A DNA stretch of 64,000 nucleotides from Vicugna vicugna (lineage: Eukaryota): positions 4,449,283 through 4,513,282 of the forward strand of contig MU060970.1 in the NCBI GenBank assembly GCA_013265495.1, given 5' to 3'. Every line of letters starts with the position of its first letter. The stretch's first letter is position 1. A program made the position numbers and the translations under genes. The notes beneath the pieces were generated by a model. It ran no database searches, was not told where the DNA came from, and saw only the letters and a program-made list of their open reading frames with translations. This document shows positions 52,746 through 64,000 of this stretch, piece after piece.

Positions 52746-55479
52746 ACCCCCTTATAGACACCCACACTTTACCAGACCTGCTCTCAACCATTCCTAGGGA
52801 GATGGGGACAATGCAGGTGCCAGGTAGCGGGCCCAGCACTACCTGCCCTGTGGGGCTGGAGCCCCGTACCTGCCCCGTCTGGGATCTTCCTGCCTTCTCC
52901 TTGCCCGGGCCCCAAGGCCGCCTACCTGCTGCCTGGAAACAAGGTGGCAGATGGCACCTGGGGGGGTCAGGTGGCAGGAGCAGGGCAGTGTTGAGAGCTG
53001 AGCTGCTGCTGCAGAGAAAGGGGGTGGGGGCTGCCCACCTGGCGGGCAGAAACCTGAACCTCCCAGAAGCTGCAGGGAACAGGCCTGGGGTGGGTGAGGG
53101 GCAGCGCCTCCCAGGGCAGCCACGGGCCCTCCACGGCTCCACAAGACTGAGCCAGTCCAGGCTGGAGGCCAAGGCCCAACAGGGAGCGAGCAGGCACCAG
53201 CTGTGCGTGCAGCTCCGACAAACCCCTAGGCTGCAGGCTGAGCTTGGCTGCAGGCATGTGTTTATTTTCAACTACATGCCTTTCTCTCCCAGCAAAAGTA
53301 CAGGGAGACCATCAGGCAACGTACTGAAGATCATGACCAAGGACAAAAATATTAGGTGTTTGGTTTCCAAAGCCTGCAGGCCCGATGCCCCTGACCTCTC
53401 CTCACATTGCCTGCCCCTCTCTACCATCTGAACCGCCCTCCGTATTTCACGGTTCTGCCTCACCTCTCCAGGGAAGCCTTTCCCCATCCGGCTGGACTCT
53501 CCTCCCCTGAGCCCCACGGTACTGAGTGTCACATTGCCTCTGACGCAGGACCGTGGCGGCCCACAGACCTGGCTCTAATCACCTCAGAGAATCCACAGTG
53601 AACTGGTGACAGGCAGGCCGGGCCCTATCACAGATGACCTCAAACCCTGGAGCAAGAACAGCACTCAGCAGTCTTGTCACCAGCTTCAGTGGGAGCATGA
53701 GGCCACCCGGACCTGATGAGGCGGCTTCCCTCAAACCCAGGGTACCCCAACTCTGCTGATATGCACTGCGTGTTGTCCTCCAAGGCGGCCAAGGCCCTGG
53801 GATGGAGGGCAGGAAGCTCAGCCCCCTTGGATGGAGGAGAGGACCATCCCACAACCCTTGCATCCCCCATCCCTTGGCCTGGGTTCAGGCCCCGAACTTG
53901 CCCTGGCCTGGCCCTCAAACAGACTGGGCCCTGAACTGGGGCGCCCTGGCTGCCTGATTAGGGGCTCAGCAGGGCATGCCAGGCAGCCTCTGGAAAACCT
54001 TAGAAGTGGAACAATTGCTCCTAATTGGACTTCCAGGATTCGGCTTAAGAAAACAGACTGCTTCTCCCCCGGGACTTCGCTTCTGAAGTATATACAAACA
54101 AGTGATGGTTGTTCAACATTAAAAACAAAGTTGGCGAAAATGAGAATTTAAGCTACAATGAAGTTGTCTAAATGGAGAGGACCCCCAAGGGCGGGGAGCA
54201 TATGTGCGTGTGCATGTGCAGGTCTGCACATCCACACAGGGCATACAGGGCACTTGGCAGGCGGACCCCTTTTAGGATTACGGTCTCAAGCCAGGAGCCC
54301 CTAACCAAGCCCCAAATCTTGCGGTCTGGACCCCGCATAACCTCAGGGAAGTGGGGACAAGGGCCACTGGAGGGCACCAAAGACTCGCACTCTGAAGGCG
54401 GAAGACCAGAGTTGGAGCCTCAACTCTGTCCTGGCAACCCTGCCCGCCTTTAGCCCCTCTGGCTGCCCAGTGTTGGCAGTGACTGAACCCCCATCCCCTG
54501 GGGAGAGATGGTACCATACAGGTGGAAGCACCTTTCTAGACCCTGAAATGCTCTAAAAACATCAGCTATTTTTACTCCCTGCTCCAACGTGTAACCTCAG
54601 AGACAAGCTCCAACCCCTGTTTACTTAGCACTCGGGAGTCAGGACCCAGGGTAGGGAGGGTAAGGCAAGGCCACCTGGCCGGGGTGTTCTCCCTCCCCAC
54701 ACAGCCCACTAAGGGGAAGAGCGCTCCGGGTGAGCTCGCAGAGCTGGTTACCAGAGACTGAGGCTCAGGGGCAAGAGGTCAGAGCCAGCTAGAGAGGGAG
54801 CAGGGCCGACCAAGCGGGACGCTCCCTGCTCAGGTGTTGTGCCTGGGAGACAGGGCGGTGAGGGCTCAGAGACCCAGGCGGCCCTGGCTCAGTAAATGCT
54901 GGTGCCAAGGAGGACAGGAATCAACAGCCCCATTTTTCCGGTGGGGAAAGTAGGGGCCCCTAGAGGCGAGTGACTTCTCATGAGAAGTGAAACGCCGGTG
55001 GTCTTCCGACTCTGTGGTGCTCTGATACATCGAACATCTGACAGTCTCTCTCTGCAGGCACCTCTGAGACTATTCGCAGACTTCTGCCATCCCTGAGACA
55101 GGCAGAAAGGAAGCTGCGGGTAGCCAGGGCTGATTTCCCAGGAAGCCACGAAACGCTTTTTTCCTAAAGGTCTGGGAGGGTCCAGAGTCATCTTCCCGAG
55201 GACCGGAAGGACCTTCTGGGGTCAGCTCCAGCGAGCCTAGCCTTCCCAGGCCCCTCCCCCAGTCCCTGGAGAGCTGCAGCACAGAGGGCTGCGGGGACAG
55301 ATGCCCTTGGCCCTCTCTTGGGAGGAAGAACATCCCTAGAGCCTTGGGGTGAGCCCCCTCTCAGAGCTGCATGTCTGCTCTCTGGCTTGAGTGACTTAAG
55401 GATGCGCCTGCACTGGAGAAGGGGCAGGACAGGGCCAGGGCCCCCAGGCCAGTTGGGGGACCATCCCTCCTACTCTAGG

Positions 55480-55670
55480 ATGATGATATCAACTAACATT
55501 TATGAACTGCATCCAGGCGCACAGACTCAGCGGGTCCTCACAGCCATCTCGAGGTCACTGCTATTACCATTCCTGTTTCTGCGGAGGCTGAGACGTCTCA
55601 GAGCTTCAGTAACTTGCCCAAGGTCACACAACTGCTAAGTGGAGGGGCTGGCTGTAAACACCCAGGCTCT
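55480..55670 (-). mobile_element. MIR SINE
   Basis: aactaacatttatgaac...gtaacttgcccaaggtcacacaactgctaagtgg. Confidence 0.85.
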
Positions 55671-56029
55671 ACATCTCTCTGACATAGCCCAGCATGGTAG
55701 GGAGGGATGATGCGGGCACCTGCATGCCCCAAAGAGATCAGGACACTTTAATTCTTATACATACATGCCATTCGGCTGCCAAGGTGCCCCTCCCACATTA
55801 CAGACACTCTCAACACCCCGTGTTTGCAAATCTACACAACCCTATGAGAACACTGTCATATACACTCATTCAATAATCAGTCAACCTGTGTCTCTCGCAT
55901 GCCCGCATGGGGTCACACATATCCAACCACATGGGTACACCATATACGTAAGCAGACGTAAAACCCACGTAACATTTTCCAATGTCCCATCTTATGCTTT
56001 TCTGCAACACACATCCCCTGCAACAGGCA

Positions 56030-56200
56030 CACTCCCACTTTACGTATGGCCCTTCCAGCTCTGCCATCTTCGTTTGGGGACTTCAAGCTCCCAGAGGACA
56101 GGGACCCTGTCTTTTTTCACATTCCCCACAGTGCCCCACCCAGAGCCAGCTCTTCATTTGTTTATTTACTCATTCAAAATGTATTAGTGTGTACTTTTTG
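56030..56200 (+). mobile_element. L2 3' end fragment
   Basis: gacttcaagctcccagaggacagggaccctgtctt. Confidence 0.65.
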
Positions 56201-58019
56201 CCCATTTGGATGTGGAACATACCAACTCAAATGAGCTCCAGCCATGAACTTGAAGAAATAGAATATTCCCGTACAAACCAAGGGCTGTTAACTTGGGCAC
56301 AGTGAACCCAGGGGGGCACAGGCGTGTGTATGAGTGAGCAGACACGCATGGAGGGCGTGTGTGCAGGGATTTCCACTGTTACAACAGGACTACCGGGGAG
56401 AGGTGCCCCTACTTTACAGAGAGGCAATTCAAGTGGCAGAGGGGAGTCTCAAGCTCCAGATCACTGGGGTGGGGGTGCCAGCAAGGCTTAAGTAACAGGT
56501 GTCTAAGACCAGGGAGGCATCCAGGGAACCCAGTCTTTGGGTGGCCAGGCCTGTCCAGAGCTGGGATCTATCTGGGCAAGAGCCCTCAGGGCACCACGGA
56601 GAGCACCCCACACTCCTGGGAGAGGAGGGGGCAATGAGGAAGCCACAAGCGGGGAGGAAATCTCCATTTGTAATCTGAGGACAGAGATCTTATCCAGGTC
56701 ATCAAACGTATCCTGGAGAAGGTACAACACCGTGCAAAGCCCTGAGAGGATTATCGGCCCCTGACAGGCCTGATGCGGGGAGGCTTCATTCCAGGTGGGT
56801 GGGCTGTGGGGGCTCCACTCACAAGGGGCAGAGGCGGTGCTGGGGCAGGGGGGTGGCCGGGTGGTGATGATCCTTCTCCCCCAGCAAAAGCCTGCCCACC
56901 AGGCCCGTCTGCTGCTCACTGGCGCCTTGGGGCAGGGGCATGGAGACAGCGAGGACCTATTCCTGTTTCAAAGTGGCCCGGACAGGATGAGCCAGGTTGT
57001 GCTCACAACAGGGAGCGACTGCTTGGCCCTTGTCCCTTTTCTTGTCCTGATGCTGACCTCTGGCTGCTCCCCTCAGTGGGCTGCGCTGCCTCACTGGAGT
57101 GGGGAGAGGACATCCAGAAGTCATTAGAGACCCTGTGGTAAAGCTGCCCTGGGTTCAGTAAGGGTAGTGGGAGGGGAGGCTTCCTCTGCTTTGGGTGCCA
57201 CTGCCCTGAGCCCCCAAGACGGTGGCATCTGTCCTCCTTCCAGGGCCTCCCCAGGAGCTTTGGGGGACTGCTGTTGGCAAATGAAAAGCAGACAAACCTG
57301 AGGGTTAAAGCCACAAGCTTCTCTCAGCAAACAGTGAGGGGGCCCTGAGCCCGTGGCCAAAAACTCTCAGGGGCCCAGGGGAGGTGGGCAGCTGTTGGCT
57401 CCAGGGTTTCTCAGGCTGGGCGGGGAGGGAGGTGGGCATTCTGTATGTTGGCTAGTTCAGGGCTGGTGCTGGAGGAAAGGCCCCCTGTGCAGGCGCAGGA
57501 GGGGGTGAAATGGGGGAGCATTTGGATACACTTAGGCTGTGATGGAGGATTATGAGGCAGGGAAGCAGGAGGATGTGTCCCCAGAGGAATGGGCCTTACA
57601 CAAACACGAGGAGACCGATGACAGAGCAGCAAGGACGGCTGACGCTTACTCACGGCTGAGGTTCTTGGGCAAGTCAGCCAGAGAGCTTCAGGAGTCCAAG
57701 GTGTAGACTTAAGCTCCTTCCCCAAGAGGGAAATGAAAGTGGATGCGTGTGATGGCCCCTACGCCCTTCCTCCAGGGCTAGGCCACCAGACGGCCGCCAG
57801 CAGCAGACACCACGCAGGAGGTGGGCCCTCCGCACTGCACGGCCAGGTCTCTGGTCACAACACACAGTACGAGGAGCACCTTACAGACGAGGAAACGGGC
57901 CCAATGTGTGGCCGGGACAAGAAAGAACCCAGGTGCTAGGGCTGAGGAACTCAAGAGAAACCGAAAGCCCAGCTGGTTTGGGAGCTGGTCATATGCTGTG
58001 AGGGTAGTAAGTCAACCTG

Positions 58020-58225
58020 ATAGTAACAAGAGCTGCCACTTACTGAGCCATTACTATGTGCCAGACACTGAGTGCTTGCGCAGCCCCCTCTCATTTACTC
58101 CCCGCTGCAACTCCGCCAGGCAGAGGCAGGTACAGGCAGCTCTGTTTTATTCATTAGGAGACAGGGGCTTGGAGGAGTTAAGTGACTTGCCCAAAGTCAC
58201 CCAGTAAATGACAGATGTGGGTTTC
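58020..58225 (-). mobile_element. MIR SINE
   Basis: cttactgagccattactatgtgccagacactg...gttaagtgacttgcccaaagtcacccag. Confidence 0.85.
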
Positions 58226-58486
58226 ATAATTACTCCCCAACGCTGTCTTGGGAAGGGCGCTGGGTGGCTTCATTTTAAGAGCCCAGGCTGGGTGGGGATG
58301 GGTGGGGTGAAGCAGGGAAGTCCTGCGGGGCCCTGTGCTTCACAGAAAGGACAGCAGGGGAAGTCCAGGGCCCTGTGCACAGAGGAGTGGGTGGGAGCTG
58401 CTAACAGGGAGGCAGGCAGAGGCCCCGGGACCCTGCCTCCCTACAGATCCATGATGACAGATTTATGAGGCCCCTTAGAGACCCTC

Positions 58487-58649
58487 CAGGACTGTCCAAT
58501 ATGGTAGCCACTAGCCCCATGGGGCTACTGAGAACCTGCAGTTGTGGCTAGTGTGATTGAGGGACTGAAATTTTCATTTCATTTCATTTCATCTAATACA
58601 CACTAAAACAGCCACATGCAGCTAGTGGCCTTTCTAGTGGACAGCACAG
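58487..58649 (+). mobile_element. MER3/MER33-type MITE with inverted ends
   Basis: ctgtccaatatggtagccactagc ... gctagtggcctttctagtggacag. Confidence 0.85.
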
Positions 58650-60149
58650 TATATCTAGTGATTCTTCCTACAGGTGGGGTCCCCAAGAAGGACGAGGGCT
58701 CGGCATTGTCACATGGTCAACTTGGGAAGCCAGAGCTGGGCCAAGAGCTCGGACCTCTGTTTCTTCCTAGGTGACTGCCTTTGCTGTGACCCATCTATGT
58801 CCAGGCTGGTCACTTAAGCCACATATACTGAGTACCCAGCATTGATACAGGTCATGGTTGTCCTGTCCAGCAACTTACAACCTAGTGGGGCTGACACCTG
58901 GTGGGCAAATGACCACATAAAATAGGCTGATGTAAGGTTGTGGGTCCTGGATATACAAAAGAATGAAAAGGACGGTTAGGAGACAGGGTCCTGTGTCTGT
59001 GCGTTTGCTTGGGGCAGGGGACCAGGGAAGGCCTCCTGGCTGGTGGCATTCAGGCTGATCTTGGAAGCGGCAGGGTGGAGGGGAGGTTTCCCTCACCTCT
59101 GAAACATGGCCCCCCATTTTTCACCGCTCTCCCTCCCACATGTAGGGTCTGAACCAGATGCTGTTAAATCTTCTGTGCACACTGAATCTGCCAACCAGAT
59201 CGCACTCTTGGGAGGTGGAGAGGGTGCCTATAAATCACCAGCCGCCTCGGGCTCTGACTGAGGAGGCACTGAGAGGGTGTGAGGCCAAACTGCTGCCAGT
59301 CCATAGGCTGTCCCCCTGTCACCTGTCCCCTCCAGCCCCAGGGAACCGCCTACATTGATTGAAACCCTCCTAGGAAGTGGCTGCAACCCCTGAGGGACTG
59401 GGGCAAATTCCACAAACCAGGCTCTCTTTTTTTCCCAGGAGAGAGCAGAGGGGAGGCCTGGACAAGTTCCACCAAGTTCCCGGAGCTCCTCAGAAGAAGA
59501 GCTAGCTGCCCTCACCCCCCAACCATGGGCAACCACAGAACAGGAACCCTGCAACCAGACGAGGCTTTCCACTGCGTCAGCAGAGGCAGGGACATTCCCA
59601 CAGCAGAGCTCTGACCTCGCAGGGCTCCCCGACTTCCCTGAATGGAGTCCTGCCTCAACCCAGCAGCATCCCTGCTCCCGGAAGCCCTTAGAGTCCCAGG
59701 GGTCTCCCTGGCTTTCTCTGGCCCTGGGGATGAGATCTGTGCTCCTGGAATAGGATCTGTTTCAGCAATGGCTCCGCCTCCCGTGCTCACCTCTGCTGTT
59801 TCACCTGGAGCGACAACCTCCCTAGGCACCCCTGACATTCATTCCCCTTCTCCCCCAAGACCCAAATCCCACCCATTTCCAAAATCAAGGGCCACCTGGG
59901 AAGAGTTTCAGGCTACCCCAGCCCGAAAGTCACCACTTCCCCTCTTCCTTCTACAGCTCTTAGGGTGTGGGACATAAGCCTCTGTTCATTCAGTTCTCCT
60001 CACCCTGCTGTGCCTTAATGCTGGCGGTAGCACCCAAAGGCAGGGCCAAGCCTTCTTCCGTCTCCTGCCTCCTCACCTCACACACACACACACCCTCTAA
60101 CATAAGACTCCAGTAGCTGCAACTCTTGGAGTGGAGTCTACCTTTCAGA

Positions 60150-60240
60150 GATGAGACAGAGCAGCGCTCTCAGTACAGAGATGAGAACAGAGGCCCCCAG
60201 AGGGGAAGTGACTTGCCAAAGGTCACACACTAATTTGGCA
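60150..60240 (-). mobile_element. MIR core fragment
   Basis: acagagatgagaacagaggcccccagaggggaagtgacttgccaaaggtcacac. Confidence 0.75.
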
Positions 60241-62062
60241 CCAGATCACAGATGCTATCACTTGAGCGCTAGGCCCAGAGAGCCATGCTGCCATGAACAG
60301 TATCAGAATTATCTGAGGGGGCTTTACAAGACCAAAGAAAAATCACAGAGGCTGGGCCACACCCCAGAACCACATCTCTGGGGTGACTCTGGGGAGCCAT
60401 GGCCTCAGGGGATGTGGGTGTCCTGGCCAAAGTTCTGTCCTTCATTCACCAAACATGCACAAAGTACCCACTACTGCCCAGGGCCGAGCACTCATGAGGC
60501 CTGGACCCAAGGGTAGGTGGGGGCAGTTGGAGAACCCAGCAGGGTCACAGGGGTTTCAAGCAGGCATCTGTGTCATGGCTGGGGCAACTGAGAGGAGGCG
60601 GGCAGGAGGGCAGCAGACTGCCTGGCAGGCCCAGCCTAAGGCTCTGGGCCCGGCTCTGTCAGTCAGTTTTGAAGGGCACACAGCACAGCAGGCTCTGGGA
60701 ATCACGAGCACTGTGAGCGTCCCCAGGGGGCCCTGGGAAAGGCCCAGGAAGCAGGGGCCTTGAACACCACCCCTGCCTCACTCAAGGGGACTGGGAACTG
60801 GGATTGTCCACAAAGATCCTCTCATCCCTCAAGCTCCCCTGCATGGGCCTTGAAGACCCCTTCTCAGAGGTACTGGGATCCCTGACCGAGAGACAGCCCC
60901 TATTTAGATCTCAGGTTCCAGTCAGCTCAGGGCCAAGGGAAGCCGGAGGCTGCAGTGAGGCCTGCTGCTTGGGGGAGGTGGGCACCTCAGGACGCGGGGA
61001 CAAGGCCAGAGACAAAGTGACCTCACTTCAGGGCTGGAGCAGGAAAGTGAAGCAAGGCATAATTAAATCTTTTATAAAGCTCAAGTTCAAAGCGGCAGAC
61101 TGGGATTTGCAGTGGACCATGAGAGGACATTAGCTCCATTCCAGGCCCTCCCTCCCGTGTGACCTTGGGCAGGAAGTCCCTTCACCCCTCTGGCCAGGAG
61201 CTCCCGGAGAGGCTGGAGGTGCTTCGAGGGTAGGGGTGCTGTTTTTCCCTGAACAGGCTCCCTCGTGAGGCTGCTGCCTCTCTGCCAGGCCCTGGGAGAG
61301 TTTCCTCCTGCAGCTGAGGCTTCAGGGAAAGCAAGGGCGAGTGTGGCACCGCGAATGCCCCGTGACATGAGGGGCAGCAGGCCTAGGCAGGGGGAGAGCG
61401 AAGGGAACCCTGTGCTAGCCAAATGTCCCCCAACTCTTCTCCCCCTTGGGCTGGGGCCTGCATGCCTCCCTCCAGGGTGGTGCTAATGAACCTGGCCATG
61501 GGCCCCTTGATGGGGTCCTCCCCTGTGGAGAGGAGTCAGCCTCTCCCTTGGGATCAAAGCCGCATTGATCAAGGTAAACACCTCCTCTCCCGGAGAGCCT
61601 CTCTGCCTCTCCCAGCTCTGCCAGCACAGAACTCTCTGTTCCTGGGGACTCAAGGCTGAGCTGGCTCTCCTGCCCGATCGATGGATGACTTCACTAAGGC
61701 TGACGCCTACTGGGCACCAAGACAGTCCTCCGGGAGGTCTGAGGCTGCTCCTGGGACCTCTGCCCACCCTTACCCCTGGCTGACCTCTGCCAGGTGGCAG
61801 AGCACTGTCGGGGGAGTTGGAGACATGGGGCTCATGCCACTCGCTGGGTGACCTTGGGCAAAACTGAATCTCAGCTTTCTCCTGTACTAAGTGGGAGCAC
61901 CTGGCTGACCTGTACTCGCCTTGCTGGGAGGTGGCCAGAAATGCAGCACTAAGAAAACGGAAGGTCCCTGTATCAAATGGACTCAGCCGGCACTGTCACA
62001 CATGTGGGCTCTGATCTGACATTCTCACCTCACTTCTTTCCCAAATCTCCATCCTTCTGGGC

Positions 62063-62254
62063 CAGAGCTGTCCAATGGAACTTTCTGCCACAGTGGAAAT
62101 GTTCTTTGATCTGAGCTGCCCAATCTGGTAGCCATTAGCCACATGTGGCTGTTGATCATCTGAACTGTGGCTGGTGCAAATGAGAAACTGAACTTTTAAT
62201 TAATTTAAATGTATAAACACCCACATGTGGTTAGTAGCTATCATACTGAACACT
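62063..62254 (+). mobile_element. MER3 DNA transposon, near full length
   Basis: gctgtccaatggaactttctgc...ggaaatgttct...ggtagccattagccacatgtggct...taattaatttaaat...cacatgtggttagtagcta. Confidence 0.9.
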
Positions 62255-62519
62255 CCTGTTCTACGATCCTTACTCTCTGGGGTGTGACCCAGAAAGAGCC
62301 GTCAGGAAGCTCCCAGGTAGGACTCTGGTTGAACATCTGTGGGAGCACCTCTCTCAGTCTGACTGGCTGCCATCAGACTGGGAGCTCATCTTGGAGTTCC
62401 CAGGGACTGAGCACGGCCTGGTTGTTTAGTATTCAGCCAACACTGACTTCCATCCAGAAGCATTCTTTCAACCTCTCCATCACCTCCCCACTCCAACAGG
62501 GAAAGCAGCTTGCAACCAG

Positions 62520-62660
62520 CTTTCTGTTCATGCAGTCACTCAGCAGTCACTGAGCATCTACCACCTGCCAGGCATGGTGGCTGATACTGGGGTACACTGT
62601 GATGAGTAACATATGGCCCCTGCCTTCAGGGAGCTCACAGTCAAGGCCATGCTCCAGTCG
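62520..62660 (-). mobile_element. L2 3' end
   Basis: cactgagcatctaccacctgccaggc...ggcccctgccttcagggagctcacagtc. Confidence 0.8.
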
Positions 62661-64000
62661 GAGCCATGATTGGCTTCCTCTGTCCCCTGACTGGGTGGTC
62701 TCAAGCACACCAGTTGGTTTTCCCATCTGAAACAGGGCTCCCAAATCCCTGAGCACACTGTGGTAAGAACCAGGAGGAGCGGTGGAGGAGGGAGGCAAAG
62801 GGGCTCTGGTCGATAGGGAGGCTGTGCAGAGGAGCGGAGACAGCACTGTGAAGCAAGTCTCAAACTCTGTACAGTCTGCTGCTTCCGGTATAGACCCAGA
62901 TTCTCACTGAAGCATCGCTGTTTGGTGGTTTCTCACTAAGGAAGTTCAGGGTAAAAATAGCTCAGGAGGGGACTTGAATCCTAGTTGGGGGGTAGTCACT
63001 GCCCAGCTAATACACAAAAAAGGGGAAGAGGCTTACTAGTAGCCACGTGGACTCCCAGACTCACCCCCTCAACCCCCCTGCCGTGGGTCAGGGCCTTCTG
63101 CTCTGTAGTGGATGGGAGATGAGCTCCCAGCCCAGAGCCCCGGAACTGGAGGGGGTCTGAGTTCCTATACACCATCTGGGGACACCCTGGTTTCAGGGTG
63201 CATCACCTTGCCTGCTCTAACTCATTTCCTAATCGGGTTTCTGGCCCACTCTCAAGGAAGGGCCATTAAGAAGCTCTCTGGCACCAACTCCTTGCCAGTT
63301 GCCTCACAAGACCATCCTGCTGGAGGAGCTACCAGCCATGCCTAGCACCCATCTGCCAATCCAGCCTGATGGTCAAGAGCAGGGGACCCAGGCACCCATC
63401 CTGAGAGTGATGGTCTCCTGAAGCCCATCCATGGAAGCACCACCTCCCTTAACTGGTGCAAAGCGTGAGGGCAGGGAGACATCCCTGACCTCTTCTACTC
63501 CCACCCAAGCTGGCTTCCAGGTGAACTCAAGAATTGGGACGTATCTAGTGCCTCAGGCACCAAAGCTTGTAAGACCCCTAGACCAAAACCACATGCTACT
63601 GACTACCAAAACAGACATTCAGCCCAGGCAGTCCTCTGAGAAACGCTCTCTCCAAGGTCTTAAACAAGATCCTGACAGTCTAGTGTCAGGTACCCCTAGA
63701 AAGGCCCCTTCCTGCCCTCAAGAGCGAACCCATCTCTCCTCCTCCTCCAGCCAGCCTCCCAGCAAACACTTGTCAGAAGTCTGTTCTGCACGCACCACCT
63801 TTCCGAAGGGCGCCCCGTCGCAATGGTGGCATCACCAGAGCCCATGGGGTCTCTGGAAGCTTTCAGCATTAGGGCAGCATCCTGACAAAGGAGCAGCTTG
63901 AAGTTAAGGACCCTTGGCTGCTTCCTCCGCGCAAGGTTTCCTGGCTGATTCTTATTTTTGCAACAGAAGCCGATTCAGGACGGAGCCTTGTAAAATGTCT

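Noticed and set aside
52615-53431. 241-aa and 218-aa antiparallel ORFs
   Set aside because: They start in a GA microsatellite or run through GC-rich intron, with no homology that I recognise.

Overview
This is mammalian genomic DNA: GC-rich, with MIR, L2, L1M, MER3 and MER5A relics, and no Alu or other young SINE that I could recognise. It carries the 3' part of ZMIZ1 (Zimp10, SP-RING/MIZ zinc-finger co-activator) on the minus strand. Eighteen coding exons (human-equivalent exons 8-25, about aa 94 to the stop) lie at 34796 down to 4150. They are followed by a 3'UTR of about 3.7 kb running towards ~480. Positions 34797-64000 are part of the large upstream intron, and the N-terminal exons lie outside the window. 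All visible splice sites are GT-AG and exon lengths and phases match the human protein as I recall it, with two exceptions: a harmless in-frame one-proline difference in exon 24, and the exon at 16146-16264. That exon is 119 nt instead of 175 nt. The 56-nt loss sits at a 9-nt microhomology and causes a frameshift and a TAA before the SP-RING domain; it is either an assembly collapse or a real loss-of-function allele. All five N-runs overlap exonic or UTR sequence, which looks like masking rather than random gaps. Intronic points of interest are a compact Oct-Sox(+3)/FOX/RUNX motif cluster, other AT-rich homeodomain/FOX/GATA islands, a CpG-rich candidate internal promoter with a splice donor, several cryptic acceptors, and a tail-to-tail L2 palindrome. 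I found no convincing novel protein-coding system. Human exon numbers and protein comparisons come from memory, not from a database search.
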